A stretch of 64,000 nt of DNA from Podarcis muralis (lineage: Eukaryota). The position numbers and the translations under genes are program-made. Position 1 is the stretch's first letter; each line of letters starts with the position of its first letter. Where the stretch lies: contig NC_135667.1 in the NCBI RefSeq assembly GCF_964188315.1, forward strand, positions 11,408,001 to 11,472,000. The letters are read 5' to 3'. The notes below the pieces were generated by a model. It searched no databases, was not told the DNA's origin, and worked only from the letters and a program-made list of their open reading frames with translations. Shown here in pieces: positions 1-11,748 of this stretch.

Positions 1-157
1 ATTTCTCTACTTGCACTTAGGGGTGCTTTCGAACTGCTAGGTGGGCAGGAGCTGGGACCGAACAATGGGAGCTCACCCCGCCGCAGGGATTCAAACCGCT
101 GACCGATCGGCAAGTCCTAGGCGCTGAGGTTTTACCCACAGTGCCACCCGCGTCCCA
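1..157 (-). mobile_element. Sauria SINE 5' part (cut by window edge)
   Basis: Reverse complement of GGGACGCGGGTGGCACTGTGGG head. Confidence 0.85.
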
Positions 158-255
158 TATATATCAATGACTGTCTAGTTTAAAGGACTATCCCACTGCT
201 TCTGTGGAATCTTTAAGTGAATCTTGCCTTATGTGTTTGAGAATTCATCTCATCC

Positions 256-2211
256 GACTTCCGGGTTAGCGCCATCGACTAATGGCGGATTCCCTCCGAG
301 CTCCAGAGGGAATCGGCTCTGTAGGAGACGGGTCCTGCCGCGGCGACGACACAGGGACCCTCAGAAACTACAGGCGCTGAAGCCTGTGGACCTGGTGACT
401 CGGCAGGCACCATTTGCGCCCCCCAACCCGCGAAGGAGCCTTTTTAAAGGCTTCGGAACGGGGGATGGGGTGAGCGGCGCGGTGCTGAGAGTCGACTGCT
501 TCTCCTGCGGAGTGAAGCCGCATGCCATGGTCGGAGAGCGCTGACTTCTTCCTTTGAACAATCGGACCTCAAAATCAACAACCCGTGAGTAGTACGGAAA
601 TTGGACTTCAAAGGAAAAATTTTTGAAAGGAAATTGGACTTGAAAGGAAAAATTTCTCTGAATTTGGCACGATCGGGGAAGGCGCAAAAAGGAAGTCCGT
701 CTCCCCGTCCTGTAAAAAATTCAAAGCAAGGAATAGATAACTAAGGTCGAGAGAACTTCTTCTTCTTTATTGGATAAAAGCCATTAATTTCACGATTTGG
801 CAGTATAAGTAATTTTACTGGAGGATAAGAGCCAATTTTGAGAGCTGAAGCGCCACCCCCCCGGACCCGGGAGTGATCCGCGAGAGAGCCTGTTGAGGAG
901 ATATAGAAGAGTTTGACAGCTGTCAAATTAGCTGTCAAAGCTGAAAAAAGAGAACTTTGTTTCTATTGTCTCTGCTGGTTATATTTGTTACAATTTAGTT
1001 ATAAATTGTTGAAAACAAGGAAGAACTGATACAAACTAACTTGACTTTTGGTTTTGAACTGGAAGGAATATTAAGCAACCAGAATCCCTCTAGAGGGGGT
1101 TTTCGGACATTACAAGAATGGCTGAAGGAGGAAAAATTCAGGCTAAATTGGACAGAGTGTTTCTTCTCTTGGGAAAGTTACAAGGCCAAAGTGATGTTTT
1201 GGCTACAAATGTTGCAACCCTGAACTCAACAGTAAATAAACTCATTGAATTTGATAAGGACTTGACTCAGGAAGTTTATGCAGCTGGACAAGAAGACAAA
1301 ATTGAGAACATTGAGAGAGTGGAGAAAGAGATATATGTTGTTCCAGAGGAAAGGGAAGGAGGAGCTGCAATGCTGCAAATGACAAAGGAGAGCCAGAGGC
1401 CTGTCAAGATGGATATAAAAGAAAATAAGAACTGGATGATGAAAATCTGGTTTGAGCTGGAGAATGAAGAATGGAGAGATCTCCTTATGGGGAGATCTGA
1501 AGACCTATGGATTACAAATCTGATCAAGGTGGAAGCTGGAGCTTTTGGGACATTTGGACTTAAAAGGGGCAAGAAACAAGATTTGGGCTCCACTTTTAAA
1601 TATGGAGGTCTGGCTGGAAGAAACATGGACCCTATCGGGACAGAGCTTCTCCGAGATTTGGTGTTTAATATAAAGGACTATCAAAAAAACCGGCAGAGAG
1701 GAATTGAAAGAGAATTAAGAGCCTCGGACGTGAGGTCTCCAGGCTGATAGCAGATAGACTAGTCAATGGACACTCGTTGGGGATCAGAACCGGGAAAGGG
1801 GTGGGGTGGGGTTTGGGAATCCAAAGGGTGTACAATTATATTCTGTTTCTTTTTATTCTGTTTTGTTATTAGTATAAAAATTGGGTAATTCGTGGACGGA
1901 ATTTGGGTCGACTTTAGAAAAGGGTTTTAAGAATGAGCACTGACGTACAAATATTGATGTTTATAAGTTAAAATTGGTTAACTAAAATGAATTAAATATA
2001 ATAAGGTTAAAAATTGGGGACAAGAACTTGTTAAACTAACAATTTTGAACTGGAATACAAGAAGGGGAGGTGTGGGGAAGTCAGGGAAATATGTTATTGA
2101 AAATAAGGATTGCAAACTTTATGTGTTTTTAACTTTTTTGTTTTCTTCTTTTTTGATTTTTTTTAAATGTATTGTGGAAAATCTCAATAAATATCTTAAA
2201 AAAAAAAAAAA
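256..2211 (+). mobile_element. Full-length non-autonomous L1-type retroelement (~1.96 kb, single ORF), copy 1
   Basis: 17-bp TSD GAGAATTCATCTCATCC (239-255, 2212-2228), 5' end GACTTCCGG, CpG-rich 5' region, ORF 1118-1747, AATAAA + poly-A. Confidence 0.85.
1118..1747 (+). CDS. 209-aa element-encoded protein with N-terminal heptad (coiled-coil) pattern, function unknown
   Basis: Homologous ORF in the copy at 18673-19301 (broken there by one frameshift); no recognisable RT or endonuclease motifs. Confidence 0.6.
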   Translation: MAEGGKIQAKLDRVFLLLGKLQGQSDVLATNVATLNSTVNKLIEFDKDLTQEVYAAGQEDKIENIERVEKEIYVVPEEREGGAAMLQMTKESQRPVKMDIKENKNWMMKIWFELENEEWRDLLMGRSEDLWITNLIKVEAGAFGTFGLKRGKKQDLGSTFKYGGLAGRNMDPIGTELLRDLVFNIKDYQKNRQRGIERELRASDVRSPG

Positions 2212-2244
2212 GAGAATTCATCTCATCCAACAGGGGTTTAGTGT

Positions 2245-2475
2245 GTTTTTAACATTTTGTGGGGAGCTGCCCAGAGTGGCTGGGGCAACCCAGCCAGATG
2301 GGTGGCGCACATATAAAAACATAAGAAAACATCAAACATTAAAAACTTCTGGATACAGGGCTGCCTACAGATGTCTTCTAAAAGTTTTGTAGTTCTTTAT
2401 ATCCTAGATATCTGAAGGGAGGGTGGTACCCAGGGAAGGTGTTACTACCAAGAAGGCCCTCTGCCTGGTTCCTAC
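2245..2475 (-). mobile_element. L2 3' remnant (paralogous at 17870-17918/19767-19830 and ~60620-60810)
   Basis: CAGATGTCTTCTAAAAG...GAAGGCCCTCTGCCTGGTTCC is the reverse of the L2 3' end. Confidence 0.65.
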
Positions 2476-3101
2476 TTGATAGATAGATGATAGATAGATA
2501 GATAGATAGATGATAGGTTTCAAAGCTGCTAGAAATGTTCAAAAATTGTTCATTTGTGCTATACTTTAATAAAATAGAATTGGTCTCTGCTCCAGCTAAA
2601 TCTTTGTCATTTTTGCATGGTAAAATCACAAATTTCATAGTCTGTTTTTTAGTAAACTAAAAATCCTCTGCTTATTTGGGGCTACCCCACATTTTCTTCG
2701 AAAAATTGCTTTGCTACCTTACAGTTATCAAAATTTTCAAAAGCAGGGGTTCCTTGGTTTAGCTCTTGAAAAATAGTGGAAACTCAGTAATTAGCTAATT
2801 AGCAACCACTGGTCTAATTAAATGCCAGTTGAAATACTGGAACAGTGCCAGTTTAAATAGCAGCGTATTTTTAGAACAATTATTAACCTTTCAAGTAGTT
2901 GCTGCTATTCTGTCACTTATGAAAGTCTGTGTAATCTAAAGTCTGTTTAGTGTAGGAAATAAAATAATTTAAGGTTAATCTTTCATGTATTTATTACTAT
3001 TAATTATTTACTTATAGATGAATGCCAACTCATATTATAGATCAATACAGCGCACAACACCGAATACTGCAAGGTGAACACTTTATAAGAGGAAACATTA
3101 C

Positions 3102-3977
3102 CTGCCAAGGCTCTACATTCTGAGAAGAGAGTCTGTCTCCACCTTTTGTCCTTTTGCTGATGGCTTCAGAGGAGTACCTAATATGTAAGGCCTGTGCCAG
3201 AGCATAGACAGCATTATAGATACTGTAGCTGTGACCGGTCAAGCTCATTTCAAAATATGGTGCAGGAAGGCTCTCCAGCATCTCCTCTCCAGTACATATG
3301 TCTGCTGACCCAGTGGAATTTGAAAGTGAACACATGAATGCTTGTTCCCAGAAATTATTGGTAAAACCATCCGCATCTGCCCAGGAAGGCTTTACATTCC
3401 TCAGAAAGTCTGAGAAGTCTTGAATGTCCTTGGAGTGAATGGCAAAGGAGAACGCACCATGGCATATTTGTATATTTATTTCAATGGGTTTTTTAAAAAA
3501 AGCTAATGAGAAATCAGTTTGGGCTGTTGTAATCCATACTTTTCCTACACGTTGCTTCCTCTTAGATGGAGGCAATAGCAGCTGAATCATATTCCTTGCC
3601 TCTATAGCAATAGTTACCCACAAAATAGATTCTCCATATATAACAACCACATTTGCTTTGCTTGACATGAAAGCTGGGGTCAAAATCCCTGTGTCATCCA
3701 ACATATCCAGGATGTTACCCGTGAAATGCAGATGGCAATCAACTTTTTCAGTGAATTCTGAACAGATTCCATTCTGGAAAAGCATTGGTTCAATGATCTG
3801 CAAGAAACGTTCTCCAGCTTCATTAATTGGAGTCATGAGCCCGACCCATTTCCATCCAAAATGCAGAAGTAACTGGATAATTCCCTTGAACTGAAGATCT
3901 TCATTGGGGACCATGCGGTAGAAGAAACCACGTTTGATTTGATCATTTGTGGCTGGTTCAAATGAACCATATGAAAT
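3102..3977 (-). CDS. V2R-A exon 3
   Basis: 876 bp open frame inside ORF 3042-4085, canonical splice sites. Confidence 0.92.
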
Positions 3978-6900
3978 CTGAAAAAGGAAAAATCCAAACC
4001 TTTCCATGTGAAAACAAGAATTCAAAACACACTCATTTATCTGAATATACATCCTGTATATCCCATATTTACTAATCTCCGCCATGGCGAACCCCCATTT
4101 ACATAGAAAATATATTGCTCAAAAACCAAACAAACAATATTTCTCATTTAATTTTGTAGATATTAATTCCTATTATTATGAGAGTCATCACAGATGCATA
4201 CTTGTACACAAGGATTATCTCCAGGAACAGGAGAGCTTTTATCCTTGCACTGCCTTCAACAATACTCTAAAGTGGACCAGGAGAAAGCAATTGATCAGGA
4301 TCTTAGTGTCTATAATCTTTAAAACACTTGTAGAGAGAGGTTGATGGCATTTGTACTAAGAACTCTGCTGGATCTCCTGGAAATCCTGAAGATTTCCTGG
4401 CCATTATGCATTTTATTATTATGTGACCACAATAAACCATATCCTATAAAAGTAAAATACCAGCAAATATTAAGGCAACTAAACAGAAGTCTAGTAATGC
4501 AGCAGAAGAACACCATATTGGTAACACTATATCCCTCCCCAAATGCCTCAAAAACAACAAGAAATTTGTTTTCGATTAGCCTCTGAAAATAGACAGTACT
4601 AAACATCATCATACGTATACAGGGAGGGGATCTTATGATTCCTAGGGAGAGGGACATTGTTGTCTCAAGTTATTTATGGATTTGTAAGCCAGCTTCAGGG
4701 GGACGTGGATGGCGCTGTGGTCGAAACTACTGAGCCTCTTGGGCTTGCCGATCAGAAGGTCGGTGGTTTGAATCCCCACGATGGGGTGAGCTCCAGTTGT
4801 TTGGTCCCAGCTCCTGCCAATCCAGCAGTTTGAAAGCATGCCAAAAAGTGCAAGTAGATAAATAGGTACTGCTCCAGCAGGAAGGTAAATGGTGTTTCCG
4901 TGCAGTGCTTTGGTTTCGCCAGAAGCGGCTTAGTCATGCTGGCCACATGACCTGCAAAAACTGTCTGTGGACAAACGCCGGCTCCCTTGGCCTGTAAAGC
5001 GAGATGAGCGCCGCAACCCCAGAGTTGTCTGTGACTGGACTTAACTGTCAGGGATCCTTTACCTTTACCTTTTTTTAAAAGCCAGCTTCATCACTATGAA
5101 TGGGGACTGGTATATCTCTCTCATGCAGCTTTCAGGAATGATGTAATGTGAAATTTATCAAACTGGAATATTCAAACAATTTCCCATTAAATATACTGTA
5201 CACACATTCTATGGAACCTGGGTCATTTCATGTACGTTGTTGGGTACTAATATTATACCCCCCAAAATATATCCATATATGGCAACCCATTTCCCTTTTC
5301 CATTTTACCACTTCATATTGATGTATCAACAGATTCCTATTGGAAGGAGAAAAGAGTGAATTATAATATGAAATACCAGTTTTTCAATACACATATTCTA
5401 CCTGTGGAATCTTGTAAAGACCTAAGACATCTGCCATGGATGAGGAGGTTTCAGAGCTAAGTCCCCCAATGACTCCTACTACATTTTTCTGAATGCCACA
5501 TATGTAGTTGGGGACAAAGTGATGTGATTTAAAGAGCAGATCCAGAGTGGTTCGGTAGGCCATCTTTGAATCAGAATAGCTATCATAGATGTGGAATCCA
5601 AGAGTGACATTGGGCAAGATCTTGGGATTCTCATTGATCTCATCAACAGCAAACACCAAGGCAAGGAGGTGTTGGTAGGACTTGGTCGTCACTCTGCAAA
5701 TAAAGTGCCTTATTATTTTATGGGCAATTAAACAGTGCACAACACCTAGATCTGAGGGATACAACTGCCTCAATTAAATTGTGTTGGAAATATAGAAATT
5801 GTTTTCTGCCTTTAGAGCTAATGTTTGGATCTCTCTTCCATCCGAGACAGATTTTTTCCCCTTTTCCGAACACATATATTGAGAAGTGATCTTCACTTGT
5901 TTTTCTAACCATGCTGCTTTTTATCACTAGCAACATGCGCCGTTATTGACATCATTAAAGGTAAAGGTACCCCTGCCCGTACGGGCCAGTCTTGACAGAC
6001 TCTAGGGTTGTGCGCCCATCTCACTCTATAGGCCGGGGGCCAGCGCTGTCCGCAGAGACTTCCGGGTCACTTGGCCAGCGTGACAAGCTGCATCTGGCGA
6101 GCCAGCGCAAAACACGGAACGCCGTTTACCTTCCTGCTAGTAAGCGGTCCCTATTTATCTACTTGCACCCGGAGGTGCTTTTGAACTGCTGGGTTGGCAG
6201 GCGCTGGGACCGAGCAACGGGAGCGCACCCCGCCGCGGGGATTCGAACCGCCGACCTTTCGATCGGCAAGCCATAGGCGCTGAGGCTTTTACCCACAGCG
6301 CCACCCGCGTCCCATTGACATCATTACTACACCCCTTTTGTCAGTTGTTGTCCCTAGCAAAGTAACTGGTATGAAATGAAAATAATTTAGATATCCCTTC
6401 AGTTTTATACCATCCTTCAACAAAGCAGCTGAAGCTGGTTTTCATAGCTTTTCTCTCTCCCCTTGCATACTCATGAAAGCCCCTAGGGTGTAGCTGGCCA
6501 AGTAAATGGAGATTTGAACCCTGATCTCCTCAATGCAAGGCTGCCATGTGATATTACTGTGGGCAGGAGGATCAATGACTAGAGAGCAAGTGGTGGTGAT
6601 CTGAAACAGAATCAGCTCAAACATGGTTGAGGTTTCATTTCTGTACCTGGTAATGGAAGGGAAGGGGCAGTGGTAAAGACAGCCTACTTCTTCACCACAA
6701 TTGTGTCCACAACTAGCTGCCTGGAAGAGCTTTTCAATGCTGAATATACACTTGTTATCTGGCCAGGAGAGCATTTTTCTTATAACGTTAGCAACCTCCT
6801 ATTATAACTTTAGAAACTCTTTAGGGATGGAATCAATCAGATTCAGAGTTGCATACCATGATTAGAGCCAGTCAAATGGTATTCACAAAAAGTGTCCTCT

Positions 6901-7807
6901 TTGTTCCATCTTTGCTGGATCAGTTTAGATTATCGTGGCCTGAGGATGTAGTGAATGGGATTTGAGAAATGAAGCTGTCCAATGGACCCCATGACCCTTG
7001 CCTATCTTGGCTTTTAAAAACTAGCTATATGGGATTGACCGACAGTGGCAGACTTTGGTACTATAGCACCCTGGGCAAGGCCAAAATTTTGCTCCCACTT
7101 GGCCCTTCCTAAAGGTGGGTAAAGCTGTGCCAGGCTTCAGGAAGGAGACACAAGGCTCGCTTGGGTGGGATCCAAGAGCCCCCTCCCCCCCCGGTTCCCA
7201 AAGCTGGGGAAGTGCTAACTAGGCTTTGGGAAGGAAGGAGGAGGACTCCAGGACCTCGTCAGAGCCCATGACTCCTTCCCAAAGCCAAGTGCCTTGCTTA
7301 CCAGGTTTGGGGACAGCAATCCAATGGCTCTGTGTCCAATGTGTGCACACTGCTCGCAGATGCTAAACATCACCCTTGCGACTAGTGAGGTCTAGTGAGT
7401 GATCTTTGCTTCATCGGAGGATAGAGAGATACCATGAATCTTGAAGCAGGTTATAAAATAGTCTTCTAAAATCTTACTATTGGGTTTCATCTTACTTTGG
7501 GTTTCAAACTAAACCAAGTGCTTTATAGTCAGATATAAATGTAGAAAGAATAAATGAAATGATCTTAAGAGCCATTTACTTACATTGGGCTGTTAATAAA
7601 GGCCCGAGATGGGTGTTCATCAAAGGAAATGCTGGGCAATAGGTAATAGATATGAGACATTATCCCACCAATGATAAGGTCACCTTGTTCATACCATTCA
7701 TGTGGAATATGGACAGGATTATTTCCACTGCAAAGAACAGTATGCACTTGGCGCACCATATTGGGAAGCAGCAGGAGAAGCAGCAGCAACAACAACAGCA
7801 TCCTCAT
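3102..7807 (-). CDS. V2R gene A, 5' part (exons 1-3; exons 4-6 expected left of the window)
   Basis: Exon 1 7584-7807 (MRM-L11 signal peptide), exon 2 5402-5693 (292 bp, [25 protein letters not shown]...YKIPQ), exon 3 3102-3977 (876 bp, ISYGSFEP...VEPWQ). GT-AG sites and phases fit the V2R pattern; no stops. Confidence 0.93.
4698..5078 (+). mobile_element. Sauria SINE (older subfamily), intron 2 of A
   Basis: TSD AAGCCAGCTTCA, (ACCTTT)n tail. Confidence 0.9.
5402..5693 (-). CDS. V2R-A exon 2
   Basis: 292 bp, TGCAG acceptor, CAG|GTAG donor, Venus-flytrap N-terminal motif. Confidence 0.92.
5958..6313 (-). mobile_element. Sauria SINE (young subfamily), intron 1 of A
   Basis: 13-bp TSD ATTGACATCATTA; empty site in B at ~24006. 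Confidence 0.92.
7584..7807 (-). CDS. V2R-A exon 1 (signal peptide)
   Basis: ATG AGG ATG + poly-Leu, [12 protein letters not shown] motif, donor AT|GTAAGT. Confidence 0.88.
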
Positions 7808-8260
7808 CACAACTATCCTTCTACACATGCAAACTCCTTTGACTCTCTACAATATTGTTGCTATCACCAGCCTAACTTGAACAGGATGTATTTGGTGAAA
7901 GCTGATTCTGCCAATTCTGTACTTAAAGAGGAAGGTATCTGCCTTCTCATTAACTTCAACACTGCCACAAAAAAGTCACTGAATGCTATGATATGACATC
8001 TAACCAATACAATGAAAAGCAAAAGCTGGCCTCACCTCTCCTCCCTTAGCTCTCTATGGGACACCAGGGTGCTTTTAATCATTTCAGATTTAATTATTTT
8101 TTCTTATTTCACATTCTGCCTTTTGGAGCTTTTCTAGGTGAATTGATTACCATAATTTTAATAATTATAGAGAAGATAATTACTTTTGCAATGTTGTTGG
8201 ACTCTGTGTTGCAACACCAGTAGGAGAACGGCCAAAGTAAACATATTTGTCACATTGCAG
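7808..8260 (-). promoter_or_regulatory. Conserved upstream (putative 5' UTR/promoter) block of A; paralogs 25236-25700 (B) and 40328-40800 (C)
   Basis: High similarity upstream of all three exon 1s; position only, no TSS data. Confidence 0.45.
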
Positions 8261-8383
8261 AATCAAAGGATAGGAAGAAGCCTCCAAGGTGATCTTGTCC
8301 TATCTGCTTGCTGTTGCAGGACATCCAGAACTAAAAACAAACCAAGAAAAAGAAGAACACTCTACCCGTAGACAGGCATCCAT

Positions 8384-9626
8384 CTTTTTTTCCCCATATA
8401 AATTTTTTATTAAAGTTTCCATAATTTTTATAACAACAAAAACAAAACAAAACAATACAATAGACACAACAAACAAAAAACAAGTACAATTTCAAAATCT
8501 TATTTTCTTATAATTTACTTCCCCGACTTCCTCGTACCTCCCCTTTCTGTATTCCAATTTCTAATCAATTATTCAGCAAATCCTTCCCTTATTTTAACTT
8601 GAATTTGATCTTACTTATTCTCTTTAGCTTATCCATTACCGCTGGTAACCACTTATTTTCTACTCCAACATCATTTTAACATTCATTGATTTTACAATAT
8701 TTCTTTAAGTAGTCCTTAAATTTTTTCCAATCTTCTTCCGCTGTTTCTCTTCCCTGGTTTCGGATTCTGCTCGTCATCTCTGCCAGACCCATGTAGTCAA
8801 TCACCTTCATCTGCCATTCTTCCAAGGTGGGTAGATCTTGTGTCTTCCAGTACTTTGCGATGAGTATTCTTGCTGCTGTTGTAGCATACATAAAAAAAGT
8901 TTTATCCTTCTTTAACACCCCCTGGTCGACAATACCCAAGAGAAAGGCCTCTGGTTTCTTCGGGGAGGTATATCTAAATACCTTTTTCAATTCATTATAT
9001 ATCATTTCCCAGAAAGCCTTAATCTTTGGGCATGTCCACCAAAGGTGAAAGAATGTACCTTCATTTTCTTTACATTTCCAACACTTATTATCAGGCAAAT
9101 GATAGATTTTTGCAAGCTTGACTGGGGTCATGTACCACCTGTAAATCATTTTCATAACATTTTCTCTTAAGGCATTACATGCCGTAAATTTCATCTCGGT
9201 GGTCCACAACGTTTCCCAGTCAGCAAACATGATGTTATGACCAATGTCCTGAGCCCACTTAATCATTGCTGATTTAACCGTTTCATCCTGTGTATTCCAT
9301 TTCAGCAGCAAGTTATACATTTTTTACAAGTTTTTAGTACTGGATTCTAACAACTCAATCTCCAATTTTGATTTTTCCACCTGGAAGCCGATTTTCCTGT
9401 CCATCTTAAAGACCTCCATTATTTGATAATAATGAAGCCAATCTCTCACTTTCCCTTTTAATTTCTCAAAACTCTGCAATTTCAGTCTGTCCCCTTCATA
9501 TTCTAGGATTTCCCAATATCTCGGCCATTTAGACTCCATATTAAGCTTCTTAACAGCTTTAGATTCCATTGGCGACAACCACCTTGGGGTTTTATTTTCC
9601 AACAAGTCTTTATATCTAGTCCAGAC
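8384..9626 (-). mobile_element. 5'-truncated L1 (ORF2 C-terminus with Cys/His motif, plus 3' UTR)
   Basis: CWKC...GTFFHLWWTC motif; in-frame TAA between ORFs 9324-9647 and 8676-9320; 14-bp TSD AGACAGGCATCCAT; empty sites at ~25804 and ~40889. Confidence 0.9.
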
Positions 9627-9911
9627 AGACAGGCATCCATATTTCACTTAAAAACTTCTCTATCAAAATGTGTTTAGAGGTGAGGCAACTGCATCCTTTC
9701 CCCATTTGTCTAATTTCTGACTGCTATTGGCCCTGACACTCTCTGACATATGTAACATTGATTCCAGTTGCCACATGTTGGAAACAGAGATGGAAATGTT
9801 CCAAACCATATCAGGATATAGAATCCCTGGATAATACAGTCCAGCTACTTTTGAAAGAACATGTATATACTGTTTGAAGCAGAGTGACATGCTTGGGAAC
9901 TCCTAAGACAG

Positions 9912-10355
9912 TGTCAGGGCCTGGCTGGACGAGGAGAGTAGTGTCAGCCGGTGGCCCAGGAGGCACCTGAGGGGGAAGGAGACTTTGAACAGGTTCAGAC
10001 AGGTGGGACAGAGAGGAATCATCAGCAGAGACTGAACATGAAAGGGAGAGGCTCAAGGTAGCCACAGAGGTGATAGAGAAGGAGTAGAGGGTGTCCTGCT
10101 CTGCCATACAGAACTGATTCATCTCCTTCCCCTTCCCCATTCTCAGTGCAGGAACAAAGAGTTGAGAAAAGGCTGGAACAGTTAAGAATGGAGGTATAAA
10201 TGGGGGGGGGGTGAAAGGGGGAGGAATTTAACTCATGGCTGTGTCACGTGATGTCTCCTTGGTTACTGAGCTATGAAGTTGATTACTCTCAAGAACTGCC
10301 TTTTTCTGCTTACATGTTGAACCACAAATGGAAGGGCTTTTCTGGCAGCCTTACA
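9912..10355. mobile_element. Solo LTR (444 bp)
   Basis: TGTCAGG...CCTTACA termini, 5-bp TSD GACAG. Confidence 0.7.
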
Positions 10356-11674
10356 GACAGAGGCTTTTGAGTCCATGGGTCGCTTCTCCAACTACATTCT
10401 TTCTGTGGTACCCCTGTGAGGCTCAGGACCCCAGTTATGTTACCCCTTGCCTGCAGAGCTGGCAGCCTCCCACCTTTTTTTAAACACCCACCCTTGTGGT
10501 GTTTTCCCTCAGCCTCCTCTCCTCTGCCCTCTCCTTGGGAGTCCTCCAGGAAGCTGATGCTGCTGACCCTGGTTTCTGAGCTGCCCCCTTACCCCAAACA
10601 GCCCTACTGCTAGGAAGCACCCCCTGACCTGTCCCAGAGACACCATTCATCTGGAGAGCATGTAGCCAAGGCTGTGGAACCCTTTGGGAGACCGAGTCAC
10701 AAGAGGGCATCAGGGGAGGGAGGGAAGGAAAGAGGAACAGAGGCTGGTGTTGTCCGCGGCACCCCTGACCATCATTCAAGGCACCCCAGTGTAAGGCACT
10801 GATAGGCACTGTTATGCCGTCCAGATGTTTTTGGTCTACAGCTTCCATCATCCTTGATAGCAATGGTCTGTTGCAAGCTGGTGGGAGCTGCAATTCAGCT
10901 GGAGGGCCACAGATTGATGACCCCTGGTGCAAATAAGAGTGGAGTGTAGAATAAGGCTCCATCGCTAGGATGATATTGATCCACTAGGGGTATGTTAGGT
11001 ATTAGAGACCTCTGAATCTGGAGCAGTCTCTACATATGGCAAGGTGAGTCACTTCCTGGCTCCCTGCACAGTCTTATGTTGATTGAGTTAAGAGAATCCA
11101 GGTTTATACTGGGAATTCTAAAATTGGTTAGAGGTGTCTTTTTGTGCCTGGAATTTCTAGTGGAATGTCCGTATGATTTTCAGTTTGCAACACTTTTAAA
11201 TGTTCTGCTTCCACATATAAAGAACATAGTCAATGAATACGTACATAAATGTAAACTCTTCAAAATGAATCACACAAAACATGACCCATGGTTTAATGGA
11301 ACTACTGGTACCATGAAATTCTCACTTTCCATTCATTTCTTAAAATAATCAGTACATGTAGGGGAATGGTTGGGTTGGTAATGAACATGGAGTCATTTCT
11401 TGATTGGCTTCCTTGAGGTGTGATGACACAAGCTGCAAACTGAATCTTGAGAGTGGCAGTGGGCAAGCAATCTTTGGCCGTTACTACTGGATTCTTACCT
11501 TCTTCTTCATCCTTACCTAAACATAAAGTATCTTTACTGCCTGGCTCCCTTCATTTACCTGCGCGAATTTTTTGAAATGGCTCAGCCTCTTTGCTAGTGC
11601 AGTTAGGCATATAGTGAAGACAAAGTATCTCAGATCCAATCTGCTGCACTTTTATGGCTGTCTAACATGAACTT

Positions 11675-11748
11675 CCTTCCAGTAGCACCAGTAGGAATTT
11701 TGTTTTGTTTTGTTTTGACTATGGCAGACCAACATGGCTACCTATCTG
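11675..11748 (-). mobile_element. Mini Penelope-like insertion
   Basis: Reverse GATAGGTAGCCATGTTGGTCTG; 12-bp TSD TAACATGAACTT; absent at the paralogous site ~27901. Confidence 0.55.

Noticed and set aside
224-687. ORFs in the GC-rich leader of the 2-kb element
   Set aside because: Not conserved in frame or extent in copy 2; expected by-product of GC-rich sequence.
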